DNA of 64,000 nt from an uncultured Actinomycetes bacterium. GTDB taxonomy: Bacteria; Actinomycetota; Acidimicrobiia; IMCC26256; PALSA-555. The DNA lies in contig CAWKGF010000001.1 of assembly GCA_963849135.1 (NCBI GenBank), positions 66,801 through 130,800 of the forward strand, in the 5' to 3' direction. Position 1 is the stretch's first letter; each line of letters starts with the position of its first letter. Below are positions 20,975-31,159 of this stretch, piece by piece. The position numbers were made by a program, and so were the translations under genes. Below the pieces are notes generated by a model. The model had not been told where the DNA came from. It searched no databases and saw only the letters and a list, made by a program, of their open reading frames with translations.

Positions 20975-22168
20975 GTGAGCGCCGACCGCGTCCGCGAGAC
21001 ACCCGCCCCCGACCCGCCGGCCGCGACCGGCTCCGAGGTCGCCGGCCCGAGCGTCACCCAAGCCGCGCTGGGCCGCGCCGCGACGGCCGCGACCCCGCCC
21101 GGCCGCACCGGGGGACCCCGTCGCCTCCTGCCCCGCCAGCCGCTGGCCCGCCACCTCCTCCTCGCCCTCGGCGGGCTCGCCGTGATCTACCTCATCACCT
21201 CGCGGGTCAGCGCCTACGACAACTTCCAGCTCGCTCAGGTCGGCGCGTACCTCGTCGCGATCGCGGGGCTGACCGTCCTCACCGGGCTGAACGGGCAGAT
21301 CTCGCTCGGGCACGGCGCGCTCATGGCCATCGGCGCCTACGCGACCGCGCTCATCATGCTCCACGCCCACGTCCCCCTCGTCGGCGTGCTCGCCCTGTCG
21401 ATGGTCATCACCGGGCTGGCCGGCCTCATCATCGGCCTCGGCGCGGCGCGCCTGCGCGGCCCGTACCTGGCCGGCGCGACGCTCGCCCTCGCGGTGGGGC
21501 TCCCCACGGTCGCCTACCGGTGGCCGGGCACGCTCGGCGGGGGCACCGGCCTCACCATCGCCCAGCCGACCCCGCCGACCTGGCTCGGCACCACCTTCGA
21601 CCCTCAGGAGTGGATCGCGTGGATCTCCGGGGTGTGCGTCGTCGTGACGCTCGTGCTCCTCGCCAACCTGATCCGCAGCCGCTACGGCCGATCGTTCCGC
21701 ACCGTCCGCGACGACGAGATCGCGGCGTCGGTGGTCGGGATCAACGTGGCCCGCACCCAGGTCATCGCGTTCGTGGTCAGCTCCGCCTGCGCGGGGCTGG
21801 GCGGCGCGCTGTTCGCGCTCTCGACCGGCACCGTGAACCCGCTCGGCTTCCCGCTCAGCCTCTCCATCGCCCTGCTCGCCGGCGCGGTGGTCGGGGGGCT
21901 CGGGAGCCTCACCGGCGCGATCTGGGGCGCCATCCTGATCGTGTACCTGCCCCAGTGGGCGACGTCGTTCTCGAACACGTTCAGCCTCTCGAAGGGCGTC
22001 AGCTCCAACCTCGCGCTCGGCGTGTACGGGCTGGCGCTCATCGTCGCCATGCTCGCCTTCCCGGGCGGGATCCAGGGCGGCCTCCGCCGAATCCTCGGCG
22101 CCGCCCGGCGGCTCTGGGCCCGCCGGAGCCGCCCCCGCCCGACCGCCGCCACCCCAGGAGGTGAATGA
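20975..22168 (+). CDS. livM: Branched-chain amino acid-type ABC permease (LivM-like)
   Basis: Polytopic protein. GLNGQISLGHGALMAIGAYATA is the LivM signature region. It has a Pro/Ala-rich N-terminal extension. Confidence 0.8.
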   Translation: MSADRVRETPAPDPPAATGSEVAGPSVTQAALGRAATAATPPGRTGGPRRLLPRQPLARHLLLALGGLAVIYLITSRVSAYDNFQLAQVGAYLVAIAGLTVLTGLNGQISLGHGALMAIGAYATALIMLHAHVPLVGVLALSMVITGLAGLIIGLGAARLRGPYLAGATLALAVGLPTVAYRWPGTLGGGTGLTIAQPTPPTWLGTTFDPQEWIAWISGVCVVVTLVLLANLIRSRYGRSFRTVRDDEIAASVVGINVARTQVIAFVVSSACAGLGGALFALSTGTVNPLGFPLSLSIALLAGAVVGGLGSLTGAIWGAILIVYLPQWATSFSNTFSLSKGVSSNLALGVYGLALIVAMLAFPGGIQGGLRRILGAARRLWARRSRPRPTAATPGGE

Positions 22169-22310
22169 ACGTTCATACAGTCCACTGCTAGCGTCAGATC
22201 GCCCCGGGCCGCCGAGCAACGGGAGACCGGCGGGTCGGGTCGGACAGCTACCAGCCATGCGCAGCCGGTGGGGCCGAGCCCCGCCGCCTGCTCCGTCTGA
22301 GGGGGGAAAC

Positions 22311-23624
22311 GTGAGCAACCGCTCTGGGAAGGCCCGGTGGCGCCTCCGAGCCATCGCGGGGGGCGTCATCGTCGCGCTCGTCGCGGTGCTGGCCGGTGCC
22401 ACGGCGTTCGCGTCCAACAGCTCGTCACGAGCGGAGCAGACCGCGCCGGGCGTGACGTCCAACTCCATTCTCATCGGCAGCCATCAGCCGCTCACCGGGA
22501 TCGCGGCGGCCGGCTACGACGAGATCGCCCCGGCCGAGAACGCCTTCTACCAGTACGTGAACTCGAAGGGCGGCGTGAACGGCCGCAAGATCAGCTTCAA
22601 GTACCTCGACGACGCGTACAACCCGGCCCAGACGCCGGTCGTGGTGCGCCAGCTGGTGCTCCAGGACAACGTGTTCGGGATCGTCAGCGGCCTCGGGACA
22701 CCGACCCACGAGACCGTCCTGTCCTACCTGAACTCGAACAAGGTCCCCGACCTCTTCGTCGCCTCCGGGTGCGACTGCTGGAACCAGGCGTCGAAGTACC
22801 CGTACACGTTCGGCTACCAGACCGACTACACGGTCGAGGCCAAGATCCTCGGCAAGTACGTGACCGACCACTTCAAGGGTGAGAAGGTCGCGGTGATCTA
22901 CCAGAACGACGACGTCGGCCAGGGCGCCCTGAAGGGCATCCCCCAGGAGGTGCCCAAGTCCGCGATCGTCACCAAGCAGCCGTACAGCGTCAACGACCTC
23001 ACGTCGGCGTCCGGTCTGCAGAACCAGGTCAGCGCGGTCAAGGCCTCGGGCGCGCAGGTGGTCATCGTGTTCGCGGTCAACTTCGGCACGAACCTGATCC
23101 TCAAGGAATCGGCGTCGCTCGGCTACCACCCGCAGTTCGTGATCTCGAGCATCGGCAGCGACCCGCCGATCATCGACGGCCTCCTCGGGGCTGGGAACAC
23201 CTCCCTCGAGAACGGGGTGATCACCGACGGGTACCTGCCCTCGGAGGACAACCTGGCCAACCCGTGGATCTCGCTGTTCAAGAAGATCCACGACCAGTAC
23301 GACGCCAGCGAGCCCTTCGACGGGAACACCGTCTACGGCATGGCGGCCGGCTACGCGTTCGTGCAGGCGGTCCAGGCCGCGGGCAAGAACCTGACCCGCC
23401 AGAGCATCGTGAACGCCCTGAACTCGAAGGGATCCACCTTCAAGGGCCCCGGCGTGGTGCCGTTCGGGTTCTCGTCGTCGAACCACACCGGCTACACCGG
23501 CGCGCAGATCGCCACGGTGCAGAACGGGCAGGTGACGGCGATGGGGCCGGTGTTCCAGTCCACTGACACCGGGCCGGTGACCGTCTACACCGGAACCCAG
23601 CCCCCGCCCCCGTCGAACTTCTAG
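22311..23624 (+). CDS. ABC transporter substrate-binding protein (Leu/Ile/Val-binding family, periplasmic-binding type 1)
   Basis: TM/signal anchor, then ILIGSHQPLTGIAAAGYDEI..NGRKISFKYLDDAYNPAQT, typical of LivJ/K-family binding proteins. GTG start at 22311 chosen. Confidence 0.8.
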   Translation: MSNRSGKARWRLRAIAGGVIVALVAVLAGATAFASNSSSRAEQTAPGVTSNSILIGSHQPLTGIAAAGYDEIAPAENAFYQYVNSKGGVNGRKISFKYLDDAYNPAQTPVVVRQLVLQDNVFGIVSGLGTPTHETVLSYLNSNKVPDLFVASGCDCWNQASKYPYTFGYQTDYTVEAKILGKYVTDHFKGEKVAVIYQNDDVGQGALKGIPQEVPKSAIVTKQPYSVNDLTSASGLQNQVSAVKASGAQVVIVFAVNFGTNLILKESASLGYHPQFVISSIGSDPPIIDGLLGAGNTSLENGVITDGYLPSEDNLANPWISLFKKIHDQYDASEPFDGNTVYGMAAGYAFVQAVQAAGKNLTRQSIVNALNSKGSTFKGPGVVPFGFSSSNHTGYTGAQIATVQNGQVTAMGPVFQSTDTGPVTVYTGTQPPPPSNF

Positions 23625-23649
23625 ACCGGCGAGGGTTCCACTCCGACCC

Positions 23650-23681
23650 GGGAGGGCCGGCCGGTCACGGCCGGCCCTCCC
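23650..23681. terminator. Perfect 13-bp stem / 6-nt loop hairpin between convergent genes
   Basis: gggagggccggcc-ggtcac-ggccggccctccc, read directly from the sequence. It sits between the binding-protein stop (23624) and the MBL-gene stop (23790). There is no U-tract, which is usual in high-GC actinobacteria. Confidence 0.55.
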
Positions 23682-23789
23682 GCCGCGTCGGGACCCCCCG
23701 GGCGACCGGCGGGACCTGACGGTCAGCACGGCGCTCCGTTTCCTCGCCGCGGTCGGCGAGCGCTGGGCGCTCCTCGTCGAGATCGAGCG

Positions 23790-25239
23790 CTACGAGCCCC
23801 CGCCCGGCGCGGCGGCGGCCTCCTCGTCCCGGGACGCGAGCTGCCCCGACATCCGCTCCGCGAGCGACCCCCGCCCGAGCGCCCCCCGGGCGGCCTGGAG
23901 CAGCTCGGCCCGCCGCCGCCACGCCGCCCGCAGCATCCGGGGCCGGGCCAGGCGCCGAGCCGGCAGGTAGCCGAGCTCCCAGATCCCGAGCAGGCCCCAG
24001 AAGGCCAGGTCGTCGCCGACGCCGCCCGGCTCCAGATGGTCGTGGAACCGCATCGAGATGTGCACGTAGTGCACGATCTGGTTCGCGATCGCGTCGGCGA
24101 GCACCCCGGGCGGGGCGGTGATCACGCTCGCCGCGCCGCTCGGGACGGCCGCCACCCGCTCGACCCGCCGTCGACGCACGTCCACCACCCAGTACGGGAG
24201 CGGGTCGCCGGCCACCGCGAAGACGATCGGGCGCCGCACCGCCAGCCGGCCGGTGAGTGGCGGCAGGGCCCGCACGAACGCGCCGAAGAACCGGGAGAAG
24301 TCCTCGAAGGTGAGGGGCCGGTCCTGCTCCTCGTGGGCGCTCCGAGCGATCGCGGTCGACGCCAGGTCGGCCAGCTCCTCGACCGTGCGCTCCCGGTCCC
24401 GGTACCAGTCGGTGCCGTCCAGCTCGAAGCCGGTGCCGCTGTCCCACCGGTCACCGGGTGCCATCACCACCACCTCGGTGGGGGACTCGGGATGCGTCGT
24501 TCGGAACGCGGCCTGCACCTCGGGCGGCGTGATCAGGAACTCGTTGCACGGCCGCGACTCGGGGTGCAAGAACGCCACCATGCTCGCGAACGGCACCGCG
24601 AAGCGCGGCTCGGCCTCCTCGACCGCGCCGAAGAAGTCGTCGAGGAAGCTGCGGCGCGACACCAGCCCCAGCTGGGCCGGGTCCTCTGCGTCGTAGCAGT
24701 TCGGGTACCCCTGCGCGAACGAGTGGCTCTTCAGCATCACGTCCGGGTTCCCGAACCGGCGCACGACCTGACGCAGCGGCCGGCCGTGGATCTTGCAGTC
24801 GTTCACGTCGAAGAGGACCGTCCCGTGATCCGAGACCACGAGCAGCGTGTCATCGAACCCGTACTGGAACGACGCCACCGACACCCCGGGGGCGAAGCTC
24901 CTGCTCCCGGCCGTGGGGCAGCTCGGTGACGTCCTCGAAGCCGAGCCGGTGGAACTCGCCCACCATGAAGTCGACCCCGAACCGGGGCACGAGCACCCGG
25001 GTCCGGCGGTCCAGGCGCCGCAAGGTCGGGTAGTGGAAGTGGTCGAAGTGGTCGTGGGTCAGGTACAGGAAGTCGGGGGCCAGCCACGCCGGGTCGACGT
25101 CCCCGGTGGGCGGGAAGTGCCACCAGGACCGCCAGTAGCACGACCCCGAGAACCATGGGTCGACGAGCAACGTCGGCCCGCTCGTCTCGACGAACAGCGT
25201 GCTGTGCCCGATGACGGTGAAGCGCATGCTGGTCGTCAC
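23790..25239 (-). CDS. MBL-fold metallo-hydrolase with a C-terminal extension; one frameshift in a G5/C5 run at 24888-24892
   Basis: The N-terminus has the LYLTHDHFDHF (HxHxDH) motif. ..ELPHGREQELRP (one frame) continues as GVSVASFQYGFDDTLLVVSDHG in the adjacent frame across a five-base homopolymer. Confidence 0.75.
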
Positions 25240-25276
25240 CCCCGGTCGTCGGCGCCCACGGGCCCGACGACCCGCG

Positions 25277-25939
25277 CTACATCTTCCCCGTCCGACCGTA
25301 CCGGTAGTAGCCCGAGAAGGTCTGGTTCACCTCGGCCGGCAGCGGCACGATCGTCCCCAGCGCTCGGGCGCCCCACACGATCTCGGCGGTGCGCTCGACC
25401 AGCGCCGCGATGTGGAGCGCGTCCTTCGGGTCCTTCCCGACCGCGAACAGCCCGTGGTTCGCCATCAGCACCGCCGCCTTGTCCCCGACCCGGCTCGCCA
25501 CCTCGGCCGCCAGCTCCTCGGTCCCGGTCGTCTTGTAGTCCGCGACGTCCACGTCCCCGCCGACGAACACGTCGAACTCCTCGATCACGGCCGGGATCGG
25601 CGTGCGGGTCAGGGCGAACATGGTGGCGTACTTGGCGTGGCAGTGCATCGTCGCGTCGATGTCCTCGTTGACCCGCAGCGCGCTCAGGTGCAGCGCCTTC
25701 TCGCTCGTCGGACCCCGGGTTCCCTCGAGCACGTTGCCGTCCAAGTCGCAGACCACCAGGTCGTCGAGTGTCATCTCCAGGTAGTCGAGCGACGACGGGG
25801 TCAGGACCGCGTTGCCGTCCGGCAGCCGCGCCCCCAGGTTCCCGGCCGTGCCCTGCACCAGGTTGGTGCGCAGCATCTCCTTGGCGACCCAGAGCAGCTG
25901 CTCCCGGGTCTCGCGGTCGGACAGCTTCGGCTTGCTCAC
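25277..25939 (-). CDS. Class II aldolase/adducin family protein
   Basis: 220 aa. GTAGNLGARL...ALHLSALRV...MHCHAKYAT matches the class II (fuculose-phosphate-aldolase-like) fold. Overlaps the upstream dehydrogenase stop. Confidence 0.8.
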   Translation of the reverse strand: MSKPKLSDRETREQLLWVAKEMLRTNLVQGTAGNLGARLPDGNAVLTPSSLDYLEMTLDDLVVCDLDGNVLEGTRGPTSEKALHLSALRVNEDIDATMHCHAKYATMFALTRTPIPAVIEEFDVFVGGDVDVADYKTTGTEELAAEVASRVGDKAAVLMANHGLFAVGKDPKDALHIAALVERTAEIVWGARALGTIVPLPAEVNQTFSGYYRYGRTGKM

Positions 25940-26925
25940 GCGAGCACCTCCGGGTTCACGAGGTTGTCAGGCTTCCCGCCGGCGAGCAGCGTCGCCAGCC
26001 CATCCGCGATCAGCTTCGAGTGGTTGGCCTCGGTGTCGTACGTCGCGCCCCCGATGTGGGGGGTCAGCACCACGTTCGGCATGCTCACCAGCGGGTGGTC
26101 GACGGCCAGGTGCTCGCCCTCGAAGTGGTCGAGGCCCGCCCCGCCCAGATGGCCCGACTGGAGCGCGGCGACCAGCGCGTCGGTGTCGTGGAGCAGCGCC
26201 CGCGCCGAGTTCAGGTAGATCGCGCCCGGCCGCATCCGCGCGAACTGGTCGGCGCCGATCAGCCCCGTCGTCTCCGGCGTCACCACCGCGTGCATCGACA
26301 CCACGTCGGCCTCGGCCAGCAGGTCGTCGAGGGAGTGGGTGGCGTCCGGCGCGTACGGGTCGTGCGCGACGACGCGCATCCCGAGCCCCTCCAGCCGCCA
26401 CTTCGTGGCCCGGCCCACCGCGCCGAGGCCCACCACCCCCGCGGTGCGGCCGGCCAGCTGCCAGGCCCGGAACCGCTGGTACGGGATCGTGCCGTCCCGG
26501 TAGGTCTGGCCCTCCCGCACGTCGAGATCCGCCCGCACCACCCCTCGGTTCACGGCCAGGAGCAACGCGACGGTCAGCTCCGCGACCGCGTTGGCGTTGC
26601 GGCCCGGCGCCCGCAGCACCGGGATCCCGCGGGCGGTGGCCGCAGCCACGTCCACGTTGTTGGGGTCCCCCCGGCACGATCCGACCGCCCGCAGGCCCAG
26701 GTCGAGCACCCGGCCTGACACGAAGTCCGACTCGACGACAAGCAGCTCGGCGTCCTCGGCCTTGACCCGCTCCGCGAGCTGGTCGCCGTTCAGGATCCGG
26801 ATCGGGGAGTGGTCGATCCAGGGGTCCAGGACGACCTCGGCGATCGAACGCAGAGTGTCGAGCCCCTCCCCCCGGAAAGGGGCGGTCACGAGGGCGGTGG
26901 GCCGGTCGCTCACGCCGGGGATCAT
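25936..26925 (-). CDS. D-isomer-specific 2-hydroxyacid dehydrogenase (PGDH-like)
   Basis: GRTAGVVGLGAVGRA NAD-binding motif and LNSARALLHDTDAL...TPHIGGAT catalytic region. Confidence 0.85.
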   Translation of the reverse strand: MIPGVSDRPTALVTAPFRGEGLDTLRSIAEVVLDPWIDHSPIRILNGDQLAERVKAEDAELLVVESDFVSGRVLDLGLRAVGSCRGDPNNVDVAAATARGIPVLRAPGRNANAVAELTVALLLAVNRGVVRADLDVREGQTYRDGTIPYQRFRAWQLAGRTAGVVGLGAVGRATKWRLEGLGMRVVAHDPYAPDATHSLDDLLAEADVVSMHAVVTPETTGLIGADQFARMRPGAIYLNSARALLHDTDALVAALQSGHLGGAGLDHFEGEHLAVDHPLVSMPNVVLTPHIGGATYDTEANHSKLIADGLATLLAGGKPDNLVNPEVLA

Positions 26926-27099
26926 CGCACACCAGCCTGACACCCCCGTCAGGTCGCGACCCCGGCCCGCGGCGAGCGGCTCCGAGGCGGGTCGCCCCGA
27001 AGAGGCGTCACCCCGACCTGACGAGCTGTCACGTCGCTGGGGGCGGGCCGTTTGCAGTTATCCCGCAAACCACGCTCGTCGACTTGGTCACGAAACGGC

Positions 27100-27330
27100 C
27101 GCGGCAGCGCGCGGCGAGGCTCATCGGCCCCGCTTCGGCCTCGGACGTGACCTCATCGCCGGCAGGACGCCGAGAGCGCACCGCGGCCGGCGCTCCGTCG
27201 AGAAGGCTTCGCGTGCACCGGCCCGCCTTGCTCGAGCCGTGTCGTCCCGTGGGTGTGACGCAACGCGTGGAGGGTGGTCGCCAGCAGGCCACTCCGCCCA
27301 ACCATCGCCGGGGAAGCCAAACTCACGCCC
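27100..27330 (-). pseudogene. Relic of a tyrosine recombinase (C-terminal catalytic region only)
   Basis: The minus-strand translation gives ..TLHALRHTHGTTRLEQGGPVH.., matching the HxLRHT box II region of phage-type integrases. No intact ORF, N-terminal domain or catalytic Tyr region is recoverable. Confidence 0.45.
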
Positions 27331-27535
27331 GTCGGCTGCCCGGACGGCCGCCGAGCCGGGGAACGCCACGTCCTGCTCACGTCAGCGCCGCGCCGATCAC
27401 CAGCGCGAACGAGAACGCGACGTGCAACGGACCCGAGCCCAGGCCAAGCGGAGCCGTCTGTCTCCTGCTCCACGCCGACAGGCTCTGGTCCGTCAACCGA
27501 GGCGAGCCTCGGAGTTCAAACGACGCGATACCCTG

Positions 27536-28480
27536 ATGCGCCGCTATCGGGAGCACGACCGAGTGACGATCAGCGAAACGATCGCTCCCCCCGAGGGATG
27601 GCTGACCCTGGACCCCGTCAGGTGGCGGGCGAGCTATGCACGGCAACCCTTCACCATCTCGCACGGTCTCGCAGGACACCCGCTGCTCACCTTCGACGCG
27701 GTGTGCGACCTCGTCTCCCGGTTCCCGGAGGACCAAATCAACCACAACCTCGGCGACATCCCTGAGGTCCTCCCCCGTACCGCGCCGCGTCTGGACCAGC
27801 CTCCCACCGACATCATCCGGGGACTCGAACACAACGGGTGCTGGATGGCGATTTGGTACATCATGCAAGACCCCGCGTATCACGAGCTGTGCAATCAAGT
27901 GCTCGACCAGGTCGCGGCCGCGCTCGGACCGGGCTACGACACGCAGCATCGCGAGGCGTACCTCTTCCTCAGCGGCACGTCGAGTGTCACTCCCAGCCAT
28001 TGCGACCCGGAGCACAACTTCTTGCTCCAAGTCCGAGGAAACAAGGCCTTCACCGTTGCCGAACCGCCGGATCGCGATCAGGGACAGCGCTTCCTTGAGC
28101 ACTACTACCGTCACGGGGAGTTCCACACGCCGTACTCGCCGGTCAACCGCCAGGAGTTCGATCTTGCACCGGGAGTCGGAATCTATGTGCCGCCCCACCG
28201 CCCTCACCTCGTCCGATCGCGTTCCGGGCTCACGCTGTCCCTCTCAGTCACCTGGAGGCCCCGCGACCTGCGTCGTGAGGGGCGCGTCTACGCGTTCAAC
28301 GGCCGTCGGCGCGAGCACGGCGCTACCCCGCGTCCCGTCGGTGAATTGAAAGTGCGGGATTGGACGAAGGCAACCTACGAGGGCAGCTTGTCGCGGATCC
28401 GGCGCGGGCTCGGGCGGGGACGCGGCAGGGGGCTATGCGTGAGCCGGGCCACGACCGGCGGCCCGGAGCGGATGTCCTGA
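27536..28480 (+). CDS. JmjC/cupin-like Fe(II)/2-oxoglutarate oxygenase-fold protein
   Basis: ATG at 27536. SVTPSHCDPEHNFLLQVRGNKAF (HxD) plus a downstream VPPHRPH suggest a facial-triad cupin. The ORF extension upstream to 26591 is non-coding in character. Confidence 0.6.
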   Translation: MRRYREHDRVTISETIAPPEGWLTLDPVRWRASYARQPFTISHGLAGHPLLTFDAVCDLVSRFPEDQINHNLGDIPEVLPRTAPRLDQPPTDIIRGLEHNGCWMAIWYIMQDPAYHELCNQVLDQVAAALGPGYDTQHREAYLFLSGTSSVTPSHCDPEHNFLLQVRGNKAFTVAEPPDRDQGQRFLEHYYRHGEFHTPYSPVNRQEFDLAPGVGIYVPPHRPHLVRSRSGLTLSLSVTWRPRDLRREGRVYAFNGRRREHGATPRPVGELKVRDWTKATYEGSLSRIRRGLGRGRGRGLCVSRATTGGPERMS

Positions 28481-28790
28481 GCTCGGGTTGGGTCGAGGTG
28501 GCGGGGCCACCCCTCCGACGCAGGGGGCCAGCCCGGCTGTGACGCACGAGCCCAACGCCCCCGCGAGGGGGATCCAGTTGGAGGTGGTCATCTTGGCGGG
28601 GCCTGCGTTCGGCCACGTCCGGGACCGGAGGCTGGTCACGCCCTCGTCACGAGCCCCGCGGCGGTCCCTGCGACGTTCGCCTACCCTAAGAACCCCGCGA
28701 CCCGCTGATCCCAGCCCACCGCGACCACTGCGACCGGTGAGACACCCGTGGTAGAAGTGTCAGGTTTGTTGGGGGCGCCGCGGAGGACGC

Positions 28791-29600
28791 ATGCCGATCC
28801 ATTACGAGCCGGACGACGAGCACATCGTCCGCATCACCATCGACCGGCCCGAGGCCAAGAACTCGGCCGACATGGAGCACTTCAAGCAGCTGCGGGAGGC
28901 GTGGGAACGCTTCGCCGACGACGACGAGGCGTGGGTGGCGATCATCACCGGCGTCAAGGACGCCTTCTTCACCGGCGCCGACCTCAAGCGCTACATCCCC
29001 GAGATCACCAAGCTCCAGCACCGCATCGCCGACGGTGACCTCGCCGAGCTCGACGGGTACCGGCTCGACGACGGGACCAAGGCCGTGCTGCGGGGGGCGA
29101 AGATCTGGAAGCCGATCATCGCGGCCGTCAACGGGTTCTGCACCGCGGGCGGGATGGAGATGCTCGGCGGGGTCGACATCCGGGTCGCCTGCCCGGAGGC
29201 CAAGTTCGCGGTGATGGAGCCCAAGCGGGGCCTCTTCGCGGGGGGCGGGACCACGGTCCGCCTGCCCCGCCAGATCCCGTTCCCGCAGGCGATGGAGTTC
29301 CTGCTCTGCGCCGACCTCATCCCCGCCCAGCGGGCCTACGAGATGGGGTTCCTGAACGCGATCGTCCCCCGCGAGGAGCTCCTCGACGCCGCCTACGGGT
29401 TCGCGCGTCGCATCACCGCCAACGCGCCGCTCGCCGTGCAGGCCACCAAGCAGAGCGTCTGGGAAGGGCTCGGGCTCCCGCTTGCGGAGGCGTACAAGAA
29501 CGAGTCGGCCATCTCGTCGTTCGTGTTCCAGACCGAGGACGCCAAGGAGGGCCCGCTCGCCTTCGCCGAGAAGCGACCGCCCCGGTGGCAAGGCCGGTGA
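28791..29600 (+). CDS. Enoyl-CoA hydratase/isomerase (crotonase) family protein
   Basis: RITIDRPEAKNS..FFTGADLK..AAVNGFCTAGGMEMLGG are crotonase oxyanion-hole motifs. Confidence 0.85.
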   Translation: MPIHYEPDDEHIVRITIDRPEAKNSADMEHFKQLREAWERFADDDEAWVAIITGVKDAFFTGADLKRYIPEITKLQHRIADGDLAELDGYRLDDGTKAVLRGAKIWKPIIAAVNGFCTAGGMEMLGGVDIRVACPEAKFAVMEPKRGLFAGGGTTVRLPRQIPFPQAMEFLLCADLIPAQRAYEMGFLNAIVPREELLDAAYGFARRITANAPLAVQATKQSVWEGLGLPLAEAYKNESAISSFVFQTEDAKEGPLAFAEKRPPRWQGR

Positions 29601-29619
29601 CCCGACCCGGCGCGGGCCC

Positions 29620-31143
29620 GTGACCGACCCCCGCACGCCGTGCCTCATCGGGGTCGGGCAGCGCACCTGGCATCCCGACGAGGTCGGCGACGCCGGCGCC
29701 CCCGAGCCGCTCGCCATGTGGGAGGAAGTCGCCCGCGACGCGGCCGGCGACTCCGGGGTCGGCTCCGCCGCGCTCGAGCGGCTCGACTCCCTCGACGTCG
29801 TCTACTGCCAGACCTGGCAGTACGACGACCCGCCGGCCCGGCTCGCCGAGCGGCTGCGTGCCGACCCGGCCCGGCCCCGCTACTCCGGGATCGGCGGCAC
29901 CACCCCCCAGGTGCTCGTCCAGGACGCCGCAGCTCGCATCCTCGCCGGGGAGAGCGACCTGGCGATGGTGTGCGGCGCCGAGGCGCTCGCCACCCAGCGC
30001 CGCTACAAGCGGCGCGGGGACCGCTACCCGTACTCGTACCAGCCGGCCGAGCGGCGCGGCTTCCCGTGGGAGGCGCCGTTCCATCCCGCCGAGCTCGCCC
30101 ACCAGGTGTCCCAAGCGTGGCTGACCTTCGCGATCTTCGACAACGCCCGTCGCGCCCACCGGGGGCGAGGCCTCCCCGAGTACCGCCACGACCTCGGCGA
30201 GATGCTCGCCCCCATGACCGAGATCGCGGCCAAGAACCCGCGGGCCTGGTTCCCCATCGCCCGCAGCGTCGACGAGATCATCGACCCGACCCCCGAGAAC
30301 CGCATGGTCGGCTACCCGTACACCAAGTACATGATCTCGATCATGGACGTCGACATGGCCGCCGCGGTGATCCTCGCCAGCGAGGAGACCGCCGACGCGC
30401 TCGGCGTCCCCGCGGACCGGCGCGTCTACCCGCGCGGCTGGTGCTACGCCACCGACCCGATCTACGTCGCCGAGCACGACCAGCTGTACGCGTCGCCGGC
30501 CATGGCCGCCAGCGCCGGCGAGGCGATGCGCCAGGCCGGCATCGGCGTCGACGACGTCGCCCACCTCGACCTGTACTCGTGCTTCGGCAGCTCGCTGAAC
30601 TTCGCCAAGGACGCGCTCGGCCTCACCGACGACGACCCCCGCCCGCTCACCGTCACCGGCGGCCTCCCGTACCACGGCGGGGCGGGCAGCGACTACATGA
30701 CACATGCCATCGCGACCATGACCGAGGTGCTGCGCGACGATCCCGGCTCGCACGGGATGGTCAGCGGCGTCGGGATGCACATGACGAAGCACGTCTACGG
30801 CGTGTACAGCACCGAGCCCGGCCCGGTCGTCCCGTCCGAGCAGGCGGCCGTGCAGCAACGCCTCGACGCTGCCCACCCCGCCCGCCGGCTCGTGGACTCG
30901 GCGGCCGGGGAGGCGACCGTCGCCGCCTACTCGGTCGTGCACGGGCGGGACGGCGCCCCCGAGGCGGGCGTGTTGGTCTGCGACGTCGACGACGGACGCA
31001 CCTACGGGAGGCTGCTCGACCCGGGCGACCTCGCGGCGGTGGAAGAACACGAGCTGGTCGGCCGTCGGGTGCGGCTCTCGCCGCAGCCCACCGAGCTGCC
31101 GACCGGCGCCGAGGGCGTGGTCAACCTGGCCACCCTGATCTAG
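29620..31143 (+). CDS. Thiolase-like (SCP-x/acetyl-CoA acetyltransferase-like) protein with a C-terminal OB-fold-like tail
   Basis: GTG at 29620. VGYPYTKYM..DLYSCFGSSL..GGLPYHGGAGSDY resemble thiolase-superfamily motifs. Confidence 0.7.
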   Translation: MTDPRTPCLIGVGQRTWHPDEVGDAGAPEPLAMWEEVARDAAGDSGVGSAALERLDSLDVVYCQTWQYDDPPARLAERLRADPARPRYSGIGGTTPQVLVQDAAARILAGESDLAMVCGAEALATQRRYKRRGDRYPYSYQPAERRGFPWEAPFHPAELAHQVSQAWLTFAIFDNARRAHRGRGLPEYRHDLGEMLAPMTEIAAKNPRAWFPIARSVDEIIDPTPENRMVGYPYTKYMISIMDVDMAAAVILASEETADALGVPADRRVYPRGWCYATDPIYVAEHDQLYASPAMAASAGEAMRQAGIGVDDVAHLDLYSCFGSSLNFAKDALGLTDDDPRPLTVTGGLPYHGGAGSDYMTHAIATMTEVLRDDPGSHGMVSGVGMHMTKHVYGVYSTEPGPVVPSEQAAVQQRLDAAHPARRLVDSAAGEATVAAYSVVHGRDGAPEAGVLVCDVDDGRTYGRLLDPGDLAAVEEHELVGRRVRLSPQPTELPTGAEGVVNLATLI

Positions 31144-31159
31144 CAACGAGGGAGCACCG

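Noticed and set aside
26591-27535. N-terminal 315 codons of the 629-aa ORF that ends as the JmjC/cupin protein.
   Set aside because: This stretch is Arg/Ser/Pro-rich with no coding bias. It overlaps the 3' part of the dehydrogenase gene and the integrase relic. A clean ATG at 27536 starts the conserved part.
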